Assembly (NCBI GenBank): GCA_001643675.2
Contig: LSRY02000015.1
Coordinates: 1,302,001 to 1,366,000, forward strand
Reading direction: 5' to 3'
Origin: Monocercomonoides exilis PA203
Lineage: Eukaryota; Protista; Preaxostyla
DNA: 64,000 nucleotides
Positions 13,259 to 25,676 of this stretch are shown here, one piece after another. A model generated the notes under the pieces. That model was given only the letters and a program-made list of their open reading frames with translations, was not told where the DNA came from and ran no database searches. The translations under genes were made by a program, and so were the position numbers. How positions within the stretch are numbered: the first letter of the stretch is position 1; each line of letters starts with the position of its first letter.

Positions 13259-13561
13259 ATAAAAGACATTTAATGATGAATATTCTGACATGGACTCTAC
13301 AATTTCAAATTAGTTCTCTTTCCTTTGTTCTCCAACTTCGGGTCGAAAACAGAAATTTTTTTTTTAATATTTTTTTTTATTCAATTCTGTTCTGTTCAAA
13401 ATTTCACTTTTAATTGATTTCAATTTATTCTCTTTTTCGTCTGAATTTTTATTTTCATATTCATATTTCATATTTTCATTCACATTTATTATTCACATTC
13501 ACATTCTCATTCGCATTCACATTCGCATTCACATTCGCATTCACATTCCTCTTATAACCAG

Positions 13562-15654
13562 TCCCCCTGCGCCGCACGCTCCTCCTCCTCAACGTGCCCT
13601 GCACCCTCTCTCTCGCTGCCATCCGCGCCTTCTTCGACAGCCAAGGGGCTGAGGTGCAGCAGCTGGCCAAGCTTTCTCTCTCTTCTCTGCTTGTCACTTT
13701 CGCCACACGCCGTGTCTATCTGAGCATTCTGAGGCTGAGGCAGATGAGGCTGTGTGGCTGTGTGGTGGGCATAGAGGCAGCAGCTGCACTGAAGACGAGC
13801 TTGGCGAATGAGAGGAGAGGAGGAGAAGAGGAGAGAGAGAAGGAGAAAGAAAAAGAGAAAGAGAAAGAGAAGAAGAATGAAAAAGGAGAAGAAATTGCAA
13901 TTAGCAATGCTGCTAGAATGAAGGAGTTAGATAGAGAAAGGCTTTTGAATGGGAAACTGGATTTGGATGCGTATTGTGTGAAATATGCATCAGTTAACCA
14001 CAATAAATCGTCTTTTATCTCACAAAACTCGTTCACTCAACCTTCTCTTTCATCATATTCTTCTTTATTAACATCTTCTTCTTCTTCTTCTTCTTCATTT
14101 CCCTCTTTCTCCTCCTCTTCTTCTTCTTCTTCTTCCTCTTCCTCAAATTTATATTCAGCTGCTCCTCTTCTGCCAGACAAGCGAGGAGTCATCAGCAGAA
14201 CACAGAAATATCGTCTGTGTGATCGAATTGTGCAGTTTGAGACTGTTCGGAAGAAGATGAAGAAGCGAAAAAGGAAAAAGCGTATTGCTTCGTCTTTTCC
14301 TGCTTCTTCTTCTTCTGCTGCTGCTGCTTCTACTTCTACTTCTAATTCTGCTTCTGCTTCTACTGCAATAAATTCATCTTTATCTTCTTCTTCTTCATCA
14401 TCATCTTCTTCTTCTTCTTCTTCTTTATCTTCTCTATTAGCTTCAACAGATATTACTAAAGTTATTCCTGATTCTTTGGGCATATCATCATCATCCTCCT
14501 CTTCTCCTTCCTCTTCTTCCTCTTCCTCTTCCTTTTCTCATCCATTTATTGTTCCAGATGAAAATGGAGTAGAAGAAATCGAAGAAGACGAGGAAGAGGT
14601 TTATGATAATGAAGAAGAGGAAGAAGAAAGAAAGAGAAGAAAAGGGAGAAAAGGGAAAAGGGGAAGGAAAAGAAAAGGCGCAAGTGAAATTGATGGCAGA
14701 AGAGTAGAAGAAGGATATGGAGATGAAGAAGAAGATAATGATGATGACGATGAAATTGAAGAATATGACAATAAAAATAAAAAACGAAACAGTAAAAGAA
14801 GGAGCAAAAAGAATAAAAATAATGAAGGAGAAGAAGATGGAAATGGAGATGACGAAGAAGAAAATGAAGATGAAGACGATGATGAAGAAAACGAAGAAGA
14901 GGAAGAGGAAGAGGAAGAGGAAGAAGAAAACGAAGGCGAAGAAGAAGAGGAAGAAGAAGATGCTGACAGCACATTCAGCTTCTCCTCTAAGCCTCGCCAT
15001 CGTCGGCGCACCCGCCACACACAACCTCCTGTTGTGCTTCCAATCTATCAGACGTCTTCTCCGCCTTCGAATTCTCCGACTCCTTCGCCTACAATTGTTG
15101 GAATTGGCTCTTCTCCTTCTTTTACTTCCTCTTCTTCTTCTTCTTCTTCCTCATCTGCTTCTTCTGCTTCTTCTTCTACACAGAAAAAACGCTCATCACA
15201 GAAATCACGATATTCGAACTCTTCTTCTTCTACTGCTTCTACTCCTTCTGTTGTTTCTTCTTCTGCTGCTGCTGCTGCTTCTTCTGTTTCGTTTCCGCAA
15301 GTGCCTGAAGCTTCTCTTATTCCTCATTCAAATGATACAATTTCATTATCATCGTCGTCATCATCATCTTCTTCTTCTTCCCCCTCTTCTTCTTCTTCTT
15401 CTTCTTCTCGCAAGTTTTCCTCTGCTTCCTCTCCTGTCATCTCTTCTAAACCCTCTTCCTCTTCTTCTTCCTCCTCCTCCTCCTCCTCCTCCTCCTCCTC
15501 CTCTTCTTCTTCTTCTTCTTCTTCTTCTTCTTCTTCTTCTTCTTCTTCTGCCAAGTTTCCTATTGTCCCCAGACGCTCCTGCAAAAACAGTGGTCCTGTG
15601 CCAAACCCCAACGCAATTGACGAGTTAGACAGAAGTGAAATGAAATGGTTATCT

Positions 15655-15686
<32 letters not shown>

Positions 15687-16506
15687 TTCCCTTTCTTCCC
15701 TTTCTTCCCTTTCTTCTTCTTCTATCAATCCCAATACTTCCTCCATCACCTCCTTCCCCCTCTCCTCCGCATCTGGTTCCCAAACACACTCCCTTCCTCT
15801 GTCTGCCTCTTCTCCTGCTGCTCTTCTTGCTCAATCCATCTCTCACTCACCTGCTCTGACAAAACAGAACAAAATCATTGCTCAATCTGTCGTTGGCTAC
15901 CCCTTTCCTCTCACTGCTGTCAATCAAAAGGCTGTTTTTGCTTTTTCATGTGGCTTTTCTCCAGCGTTTGCTGCTTCTGCTGCTTCTTCCTCTTCTTCCT
16001 CTTCCTCTTCTTCCTCTTCCACTGCCTTGCAGCCTCAGATGTCTGCTGTCCCTGTGAATGCTCCACTGTCTGTTCCTGTTACTTCTACTTCCTCTACTGT
16101 TCCTCCTCCTTCATCTTCCTCTTCCTCTTCTCCTTCTTCATCTCCATCTTCCTCCTCCTCCTCTTCTTCTTCTTCTTCATTCAACTTCATCAACCCACCC
16201 CTCTCCTCCACTCCTTACCCCCACCGCTACCAGAACTTCTATGCAGGCCCCTTCAACAACCCCAGCCCCACTGCCATGCTCCTCAATCAAAAGCCTCTTC
16301 AGCCTTCGATCGCTTCTTCTGGTGCCGTTTCTGTGAAAGCTGCTTCGGCTGCCTCTGCTGCCTCTGCTGCCTCTGCTGCCTCTGCTGCTTCAGCAGCGTC
16401 TGCTGCAACACATGCAAACTCAGTGGGTGGATTAGCTGTGATTGCTGGGTTGAATTCACAGATTGGTGGGGCTGTTGTTTCTTCTGCTCCTTCTTCTTCT
16501 TCTGCA

Positions 16507-16537
<31 letters not shown>

Positions 16538-19389
16538 CTTCTTCTTCAGTTCCTTCCTCCTCCTCTCCTTCCTCTTCATCATCATCATCTTCTTCTTCTT
16601 CTTCCCAGTCTTCCATCGCTTCCTTCTCTCCTTCTTCTGTCTCTGTCTCTGCCTCTGCCTCTGCCTCTCCTTCCTCCAATGGCTCAATCGTCTTCTTTGC
16701 TCAGAAGGCGAACGGAGCACCCACATACTACCATTCATCGTCAAAGACAACTGCCCTTCAATCTCATCCGTTCCCTGTCATAACCTCGGCTTCTCCTTCT
16801 TCTCCTTCTCCTTCTCCAGTTCCTGCTCCTGCTCCTGCTCCTGCTCCTTCAACACCTTCAACACCTTCTGCCTCTCCTGCTTCTTCTGCTCCTTCTTCTT
16901 CCACTTCTTCTTCTCCTCCTCCTCCTGCTGTTGTTGTAACAAATACATCATCTTCTTCCACCTCTGCTTCTTTGCCTGCTCCTTCCCCTTCTCCTTCTTC
17001 GGCATCTGCTTCTCCTTCACGACAAGCATCGTCATTTACTGCTCCTTCTTCCATATCAACTCCAATATCAACATCATCTTCTTCTTCTTCCGTTACTATT
17101 GCTGCTCCTTTTACTCCTCCTTCTTCTTCTCCTTCCACTTCTGTTTCAACTCCATCTTCAGTTCCTTCAACCCCTTCTTCTTTGTCTTCTTTGTCTTCTT
17201 TATCCACTTTATCTTCTCAGCCTCCTCCCATTATAAGCTCCCAGTCTCCCCAGATGCCTTCCTCTGCATTGGTCACTGTGAATGCCAATAACTTCACTAA
17301 AACGCCCCATGCTCTTTTTTTCAATGCTCTGCAGTCGCAAAATGCGGCTGCTCAGTTTCAAAACCAAAAAAATGAGTCTAATTTGATCGACGATGCAAAA
17401 AACTCGTCGTTAAAAAACGGTATTGACGCAAAGCAAATAGCTTTGGCGAATCAAAAAAAGAAAGCAGCACGTAAAAGAAAAAGTAAAAAAAATCGGGTAA
17501 CACCAAAAAAGCCAAGAAAGAAAAAACAAACAGATCCATTTGATTTTGAACGGCTGACACCAGAGCAAGAGGCCATGGTCAAATCGATGCATAATGTGGT
17601 GATAAAAAACAACTATCCAATGCAATTCTCAAAAGCAGATCAAGAAAAGGCCATCCAGCAAATGCTGTCAGCAACAGGCATACAGAAGCTGGCAGAGCAG
17701 TTTGGATTGGCCCAACAAAAAGATGAATTTCTTGCTCAATTGCCAATGTCTCAAATGGCTTTTCAAGGTGCTCCTGATGTTTCTTTTGTTTCATCTTCTT
17801 CCTCTCCTTATCCTCCATCATCTTCCATCATTTCAACAATTTCTTCCTCATCTTCTTTGCACCATCCACTTCATCCATCAACATTCACTTCAATGCAAGA
17901 ACCCCATCCATCTGATTCTTCTGCTTATCCAATTCACACTCCAATCCAGCTTCCTTCAACTTTTACTCCTCTTCCTTCATCATCTTCATCATCGTCATCG
18001 TCAATTTCATTGTCAATTGATGGCACTTCATCCGCTTCAGCATCTTCTTCTTCCATATCGACAATGAATCAACAAAGTTCTTCTTCTTCTTCTTTCACTT
18101 CAATTCCTCCTCTCCTTCCATCTCATTCTCTTCCGACATCACAACAGGAACATGAATGCGAATCAGATGACGATGTGATATTCATTCAGACCGTAGCAGA
18201 TACCAAGCAGATGACAACCAATGCTTCATCAAACGATGCAATGGCATCATTTCCACAGACACACAAGCAAACACCCCAAAATCCTCAGGAAAAGACGGAA
18301 AAGGCAGAAAAAACAGAAAAGACAGAAAAACAAGAAATACAGGAAATTTCTCCGGTGAAGAAGACGGAGAAATACATGGCAGAACAAGAAGCCAGAGATC
18401 TTGTCATATTCAGAGAAGCTGAACTGTCCAGTCACACAGACACTGCTGCCTCTTCTTCTTCTTCTTCTTCTTCTTCCACTCCTTCTTCAGCTCCTTCTGC
18501 TTCTTTATCTTCTGTTGCTTCTTCTCATTCTTCTTCTTCTGTTCCATCTTCTTCTTCTATTTCTTCTTCTTCTGTTCCTCCCAAAATGCCACCTCAATCG
18601 TTCCCAACCCCACTTTACCACTCACAGGCCACTCTCCATCCACCAAATGGAATGCAGGCATCAATCTATTTCTCACAAGGAGCATCATTCCCGAAAGTGA
18701 CAAACATTTTGCCTCAGGCTCCGTTAGCTGTGCAATCTATGCAATCTATGCAATCTATACAGACAATGCAAACAATACAAACAATACAACCTCTTCAGCC
18801 TTCTCAAATCTCCCACCCACAACTTCAGCAGCAGCATCAACCTCTTCAACCTCTTCAACATCCACATCAACAGCAACATCGTCAACAACAACCTGAAATT
18901 GCACCAAGTTCCATCCTTCCTGGCTCTTCCTCACAAAAAAGCTTTCCTCAGCCGCCTTCTTCTTCTTCTTCTTCTTCTTCTTCTCATCAGTCGAATGATG
19001 CTCTTTCTCATTCCTCTTCATCTGCATTATCATCTTCTTCTTCTATTTCTTTTCCTTTCCCTCAGAACATCAGTCATACCACTACTTCATCACCACATCC
19101 ACATCAATCTCTACCTCAGCCTCAACCTTCGCCTCAATCTCAACCTCAACCTCAACCTCAATCTCAACCTCAACCTCAGTCTTCTTTCAACAAACCATTG
19201 TCCAATACACAAGCTGATTCCTCTTCATCTGATGCTGTCTCCTCCACAAGCACCCAATCACAAGCATTTCCTCCAGTGACGACGTATTCTTCTGCTTCTT
19301 CTGCTTCTTCTGCTTCTTCTGCTGCTGCTTCGACTTCTTCTATTTCATCTTCTGCTGCTAATTCAAATTCTTCTTTAACTTCTGCTTTA

Positions 19390-19420
<31 letters not shown>

Positions 19421-19761
19421 CTTCTGTTCAATTGCATGTTTCTGCTCCAAATGCAGAGAATGATATTCCTTCTCAATCACAACTTTCTGATACCTCTGCT
19501 TCCTTAGCAACATCTTCGATGCCTTTATCTTCATCTTCATCTTCATCTTCATCTTCATCTTCTCCTTCTCCTTCTCCTTCTCCTTCTCCTCTTTCTTCTT
19601 CAACTGATGTTGATGCTGCCTCTGATGCTTCTATTGAAGTACTGCCTTCTTCCTCTTCTTCTTCTCAGACAAATACTGATTCAGCTTCTTCCTCCTCTTC
19701 CTCAATAGAATCAACCTCAAATTCTTCAGTTCAAGACTCTATTCAATTATCTTCATCTTAG
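13562..19761 (+). CDS. Giant Ser-rich disordered protein with an N-terminal degenerate RRM and basic NLS-like patches (terminal exon)
   Basis: A CAG acceptor at 13559-13561 precedes more than 2050 open codons. RTLLLLNVPCTLSLAAIRAFFDSQG...LLVTFAT...MRLCGCVVGIEAA fits the RRM pattern. It also has poly-Ser, acidic and K/R-rich tracts. Confidence 0.75.
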
Positions 19762-20667
19762 TTCTCAGTATTTTTATAATGATTTTATCTTTTTTTCATT
19801 TTTTTAGTTAAAATCCCTTCATATTTTTAGAATTACACAATAGTTTTCGTGTAAAAATTACGTAGTATTTTCGTCTTTTCAGTTGTTTGTTTTATGTTTG
19901 AATAATAACAAACCCCAAATAAACGAACTGTGTGCATGTCACTTCGAAATTAGCAGAATCAATCTTGCATTTGCCCAAAAAAATAAAATTGTTTAATGAA
20001 AAATGTGGTTAAAATTCTTGCTCCAAGATGATTTTGACAATAAAGCAAGATAGTTATGTTGAACATTATATATCAATCCTTCGCATTCTGTTGAGTGATT
20101 ATTGGTTTATTTGATTTTTTTCATTTTAAGATGAAAGAATGGAGAATAATGACGAGAAAAATAATTAAATTCTATAAAATTTTGTCAATAATGTTCAAAA
20201 TTAAAAATTTTTGAATTTATTTTCCCATATAACAACTGTGTAATCTTATTCTGTTTCCTTTTCCAATAACCATTCAAGTTAATCCTTTTTAAAAACACTT
20301 TGGTTTAATTTTTTTTTTCACCACAAACAGTTTCATTCTTCCATTAAAAGGCAATTGCAAAAAATGAAATTATTTTCTAACAACTCTGAAAGAGCAAAGT
20401 TGTTTCTTGGTTTATTCAATATTTTGTTTTTAAAAAAATTTTTCTTTCTCTTCGAAATAATTTGACAAATACTAAATAAGCCACTAAAAATGTCGCTTTA
20501 TATGTGTAAAAATCAACCATTGTATTAAATTTATTTTAGAGTCATGAATTTGATGCTTCATTATATGAATTACGGTTGAATTAATGGTGAAATTTTAGAA
20601 TTCCAAACGGGAACCCATTAATTATTTAAAAGATTCGAAAAAATTTGAAATTGATCGAGGTTAACGG

Positions 20668-22313
20668 ATGAACGATGCTTTAGGAAGTTCGGAAGAAAGT
20701 TCTCAAACTACAGTAGATTATCAAATTACTCTTGTTAAAGCAAAAGAAAATGAAATTATGTTGTTAAAGCAGAAACTTGCTGAAAAGGATGCAGAGATTC
20801 TGGCAAAGAATTCTGAAATAGAGCAGATTAAAAAGGTTATTCTTGAAAAGGAGCAATGTGCAAAGCAAAAATTGCAAGAAAAGGATGATGAAATATCAAA
20901 TCTTAAGGCAGAAATTGAAAGTCAATCAAAGCAGTTTGAAGATGAAGTTCAGCAAAACAAATCAGAGATTATGCAGCTGAATGAAATCATTGAAACCTTT
21001 CAAAAAGAACTTCAAAATCGAAAGTGTGGTGATGGAAATCAAGATTCTCAAGTCTTATCAACGCCTGAAGATCATAATCGTCAGTCAGCTCCAGAAGAAT
21101 CCTTAAATTCTCTTTCACTACTATCATCCATAAACTCTCCTCCACGCGCTAGTTCCTCTCTTCGATCATCCTCAATGTCTTCATTGTCTTCTTCTCTGTC
21201 TAGTTCTCTCACATCATCATATACTGTTGCTTCAAACAGCTCTCCAGTGGCTGGTTCATGGGCGCTACAATCTCCATCTCCGCTTCGGCGTTCGAGTCAT
21301 GCTACAGCAAGAAGACCGGTTTCTGTTCCACAGCCGTTTTTATCGACATTTTCTTCTGCGTCTTTTTCAAGAGACTATTCTCCAACTTCTGAAAATAAAC
21401 TCCTTTCTCCAATGACCACTTCATCTCCTCGCTTTCTTTCTCCAATCACTCCTTTTGCTACTTCATCTATTTCGCTGATGCAAACGGGTGATCTATTTTT
21501 CACGTCACCTGCACATATCACTCCGCCTTTTTGCCAGCGCACTCCGCATGTGTCTTCGTTTAGTGGGATAAAATCTCCAATGAATTCTGCGACAACATTG
21601 ACTCCAATGTCCGTTGTTCCGAAGCCAGAAGCAAAAACAACACTTCCTCAGCCACACTCTCCAGTTCGTCAGCCACCTGCAAGAACTAACTTGCTTGCTC
21701 ATTTGCCTTCTTCTGCAAAGAACGCAGACGCTTCGTCGAACTCAAAAATCAATCCTGAGGACTCTGCGTCATCAACGCGTGGATTAAGTCCCTTGAACAG
21801 CACCAATGGAACAAATGCAACAATTAGCTCAAATGGAATCAACGAACTTGGTGGAACAATCGGTGCCCTCCAAATTTCAGCTTCATATTCGTCTGAACAA
21901 ACAAGCACGCCAACGTCAAGCCCAGTGAAGGATTCTTCTGTTTTTTCTCCGCATACACCCCCACAAAAGCAAACATTGTTATCTCTTACTGTTTGCACTT
22001 TGTCTGATGTTCAAAAGTCAACTGTAGATGCAATGACCAAGAATGGAGTAGGTGAAATGCATGCAACAATTGCGTTGCAAGCAAACTCTGGAAATGAAAT
22101 TCAAGGTATTGAAATTTCTATTGTTTTTATAAATGATTTTATCTCTCTCTCTTGATGTATCTTTTTTCTTGTTTTAATGTTTTTTTTTTCCTTAAAGCAA
22201 TGAATTGGATTGATAATCACAAGGAAGAAAGTCTTCTCGATTTAATAATAGAGACTCAGCAGAAGAATTCTCGTTGCATTCAGATTTCTCCCGTTATTGA
22301 AGATTCTGAGTGA
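20668..22313 (+). CDS. Coiled-coil + Ser/Pro-rich + C-terminal UBA-domain protein (2 exons)
   Basis: N-terminal heptad coiled coil. A phase-1 intron (GTATTG at ~22106, acceptor ~22197) gives VDAMTKNGVGEMHATIALQANSGNEIQAMNWIDNH, a UBA-like pattern. Stop TGA 22311-22313. Confidence 0.75.
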
Positions 22314-23547
22314 GTGTGTTATGTTTTCTTTGATTCAACATCTTTTATTTTAAATTTTCTGTTTAACTAAGCTTGATTAGTCAGTATTGATATTCAATAC
22401 AAAATAACTCGTTTATCAATTTTTGTCATTGCAAGTAGTTATTTTTTCGTCTTTTTTGTACAAAAGTGTGACACTTCACAAGAATCAAACATTTGTGTGT
22501 TTTTTATTCAAACATTAGTTTCAAATCAAATCGCAATTTTAATTCTTGTTCATAAATGAATGTGATAATAAATTTTGATTTAATCATTGAATGATTTCTT
22601 ACGAAGTCACGAAAATAAAATAAAATAAAATAATTTTCATTTATTCAATAATTGTGTGATTATTTTTGTAATCATATTTTTCCTGAAAAACTTTTCGGTA
22701 AATATTTTTGTTTATAATATTTTTGGATAAGCATTTCAAAGTTATTTAAAAATTGAAAGATTATAATGCCATGTTCAATTTCAAACACTGACTTAAAAAA
22801 ATTAATAAATAAAAAGAAAAATAAAAAATTGACATAAATGTTAGTCATTTTTATGGTTAAAAACATATCAAAAAAAGTTTTGATTATAACAATTAAAACA
22901 CTATTTTCTTTTCTGATTGATGAAAATCGTTTCAATGAACACAAAAAACGATTTTCTTGAGTGATTTTCGTATCAATCTTTGAAAAATGAATTATTATTT
23001 TTTTGAACAATGGATGGAGAACACCTGCAATAATAATTTTTTTCAAATTTAAAATAAATGCGGGAAAATACGTTCTTTCAAGCTTTTTATGCGCAAAGAA
23101 TTAAAAAATTGTTTCGCTTATTACATTATTAAACTTTATCAGATTTCAAAATAAATTAGATTTTCATTACTGTAAACAAACATCATTGATGAAATAGCAA
23201 AAAGTTTTGTGACCTCACATGTTTTTCAAAAAATAAACCTATTTTTGTTGAATTTTTTAATCTCAAAAAATCAATGAAAAGTGCCTAATTTTTCAATGAA
23301 AATGCCTGAAGTCATATTTTGACCCAAATGTTATCATTCTAAAACAAAAATAGTTTTTGGTCAATGAATTGTTAACTTTTTTATTTTTCTTGAATCATGA
23401 TCTTTGTTGAAATTCTCGATTCCACTAAACACATTTTTTTTCTGGATTGAAAAAAAAACGATGATTTATTTAAAACTTTTTTCACTATCATTTTATATCT
23501 TATTTTTCATCATAATGAAAGAATTTTTTTTAAATATACTTTCAAAC

Positions 23548-23579
<32 letters not shown>

Positions 23580-24449
23580 TTGATATATTCCGTTTGAAAC
23601 AAAATATTGAAAGTGAAACATCTCATCACACTTGTTTCATTTTTAAATGCAACAAACAAACAGGTGTTTAATTTATTTAATAACTTCAAATGCTTTGTAT
23701 TCAATGTGAGAAAAACAAATAAAGAAAACAATATAAATGTGGCTCATCGTAATTAACAAATAAATTGTTATTCTTTATTGAAATGTAGCCACAATGTAAA
23801 AATCGAAAAAAAAGTCTTCATTGGATAAATTTTTGATGAATTTTTGTTTTTTTTTTCTTTGAAATAATTGGAATTTTTGAAAAATGAAATTGTAAATGTT
23901 AATTATTCTATGAAAGTCATTGAACAATAAACAATTTTTGATGATTTTTGAAAGAGTGCAATACAATTATTTTTATTTGACAAAAGAGTGATTCTTTTTT
24001 GAGGAACAAAAATCTTCGAAAATTGATTTTTTCATATGAAGGTGATGAATGTCGGAAGAAATTATTCACTCTTTGAATTTTGCTTAACACAATGTTAAAC
24101 ATTTTTTTTTCCTGATGTTCAATTTTTCGTATTTAAGTGACTATTTTTATTATCATAATAATTCGGGATGTTGAATATCTGAAAGTTTTCTGTCATTGGC
24201 AAAATAATTTTCTTTCAAATACTGAATGAATGGCTATTATTGCAATACCTAAAGTTATATATGAAAAAAATGTTAAGGCATTATTAATTAGATCAATCAC
24301 TTTTCAATGTTCATTTTAAACATCTGAAACAGATATAACAGCCCATATTTTTAGCAATAATATATGATATCTAATATAATCACTAATTTCTTTGATAGAT
24401 AACGAAAAATTAATATAGATTTGATCTATAAAGAGTGGACAATTTTTTA

Positions 24450-24634
24450 TTGAAATCATTCTTTCTTTCGAGTTTTGATCAAAATTTTAATTTTTATGAG
24501 ATTTTTTAAAAAAATAAGCCACAACAGTGAAGTCATGCAACTTTTGACGAAGCAAAAAATGAAAAATAATATTCTTACGAAAATCTCTTTTAGACAAAAA
24601 TTTTGATCAAAACTTGGACGAAAGTTGATTTCAA
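24450..24634. repeat. Imperfect inverted repeat, arms about 65 bp (small MITE/foldback-like element)
   Basis: Left ttgaaatcattctttctttcgagttttgatcaaaatttt versus reverse complement of right ttgaaatcaactttcgtccaagttttgatcaaaatttt. Confidence 0.75.
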
Positions 24635-24665
24635 AGGAATCAGCCTCGTTCAGTTCATATCGTAA

Positions 24666-25268
24666 CAGACAGCGCTTAAAATACCGGACAAAATCGATTT
24701 CACAATAACAACAATATGAATAATTCTGACAATTTTCTTCAAAATATATCTAATTAATACAAACTCTTTTTAAATACAAAACTTTCGAAATAGCTTCGTT
24801 AGTGCTCAGAGAAAATTATTTTCTAAATCTGTCCAAATTTTTTTGAAAAATTCCTTTTGTTGAATTTTCAAATACAATAAAAATTACATATTTCGATCAA
24901 ATTTTTGTTTCCACTCACAAAATTTTGCTATCATGAAAACAAAATCTTGTCAATGTTATTATTTCCATTTTTGTGAATTTTCATGATTGGGAACAGAAAT
25001 TTGATCGAAATATGTAATTTTTATTTCATTTGAATATTAAACAAAAGGAACTTTTCAAAGAAATATAGACATCTCGGAAAAACGAAAAATCCTTTTTCTC
25101 CGAGAATTAAATAATAATTTTTTTCTGAGGACAAATGAAGCTATTTTGTAAGTTTTATTTCTCAAGTGAGTTTGTATTGATGAGATATATTTTGAGGAAA
25201 ATTGTCTGAGTTATTCCTCTTGCAGTTATTGTGAAATTGATTTTGTCCGGTATTTTGTGTGATATCTG
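24666..25268. mobile_element. About 600-bp foldback/MITE-like element with ~250-bp diverged inverted arms
   Basis: The left arm (aaaataccggacaaaatcgatttcacaataac...aaaaattacatatttcgatcaaattt) matches the reverse complement of 24990-25256 along its length. No coding capacity. Confidence 0.7.
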
Positions 25269-25676
25269 TATTTTTTTTTTTTAAATACAAGATAATTCAC
25301 AATTCACTAATATAAACACTTTGTTATTAACTGGAAAATATTTTTTTTTTATTTGATATCTGTCATTAAAAAAGTGAAGATAACTATCAGATGTTTTTTA
25401 AGAATTTGAAAATTTTCCTTTTTCGAATTCGGATTATTTTTGGAGTATCTTCGACTTTAACAAATCTGTCTTTTATGAAAGCTTTTTATTAATTTAATTT
25501 AATTTATTAATTATTATTTTTTTAAACACTCAAAATTATGATTGAAAATTTCTATATCAATTGTAATTCTTCGAAAACAAAAAGGAAATAAATGAAAAAA
25601 GAAATGAAAAAATGAAAAATTTTAAAATTCATTTTTAAAAAAAAAATTTTTTTTTTTTATAAAGAATGATGAAAGT

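Noticed and set aside
14037-19603. Many long overlapping alternate-frame and antisense ORFs (poly-F, poly-L, poly-E, poly-K), e.g. 15645-17291
   Set aside because: By-products of stop-free (TCT)n repeats in the real Ser-rich ORF.
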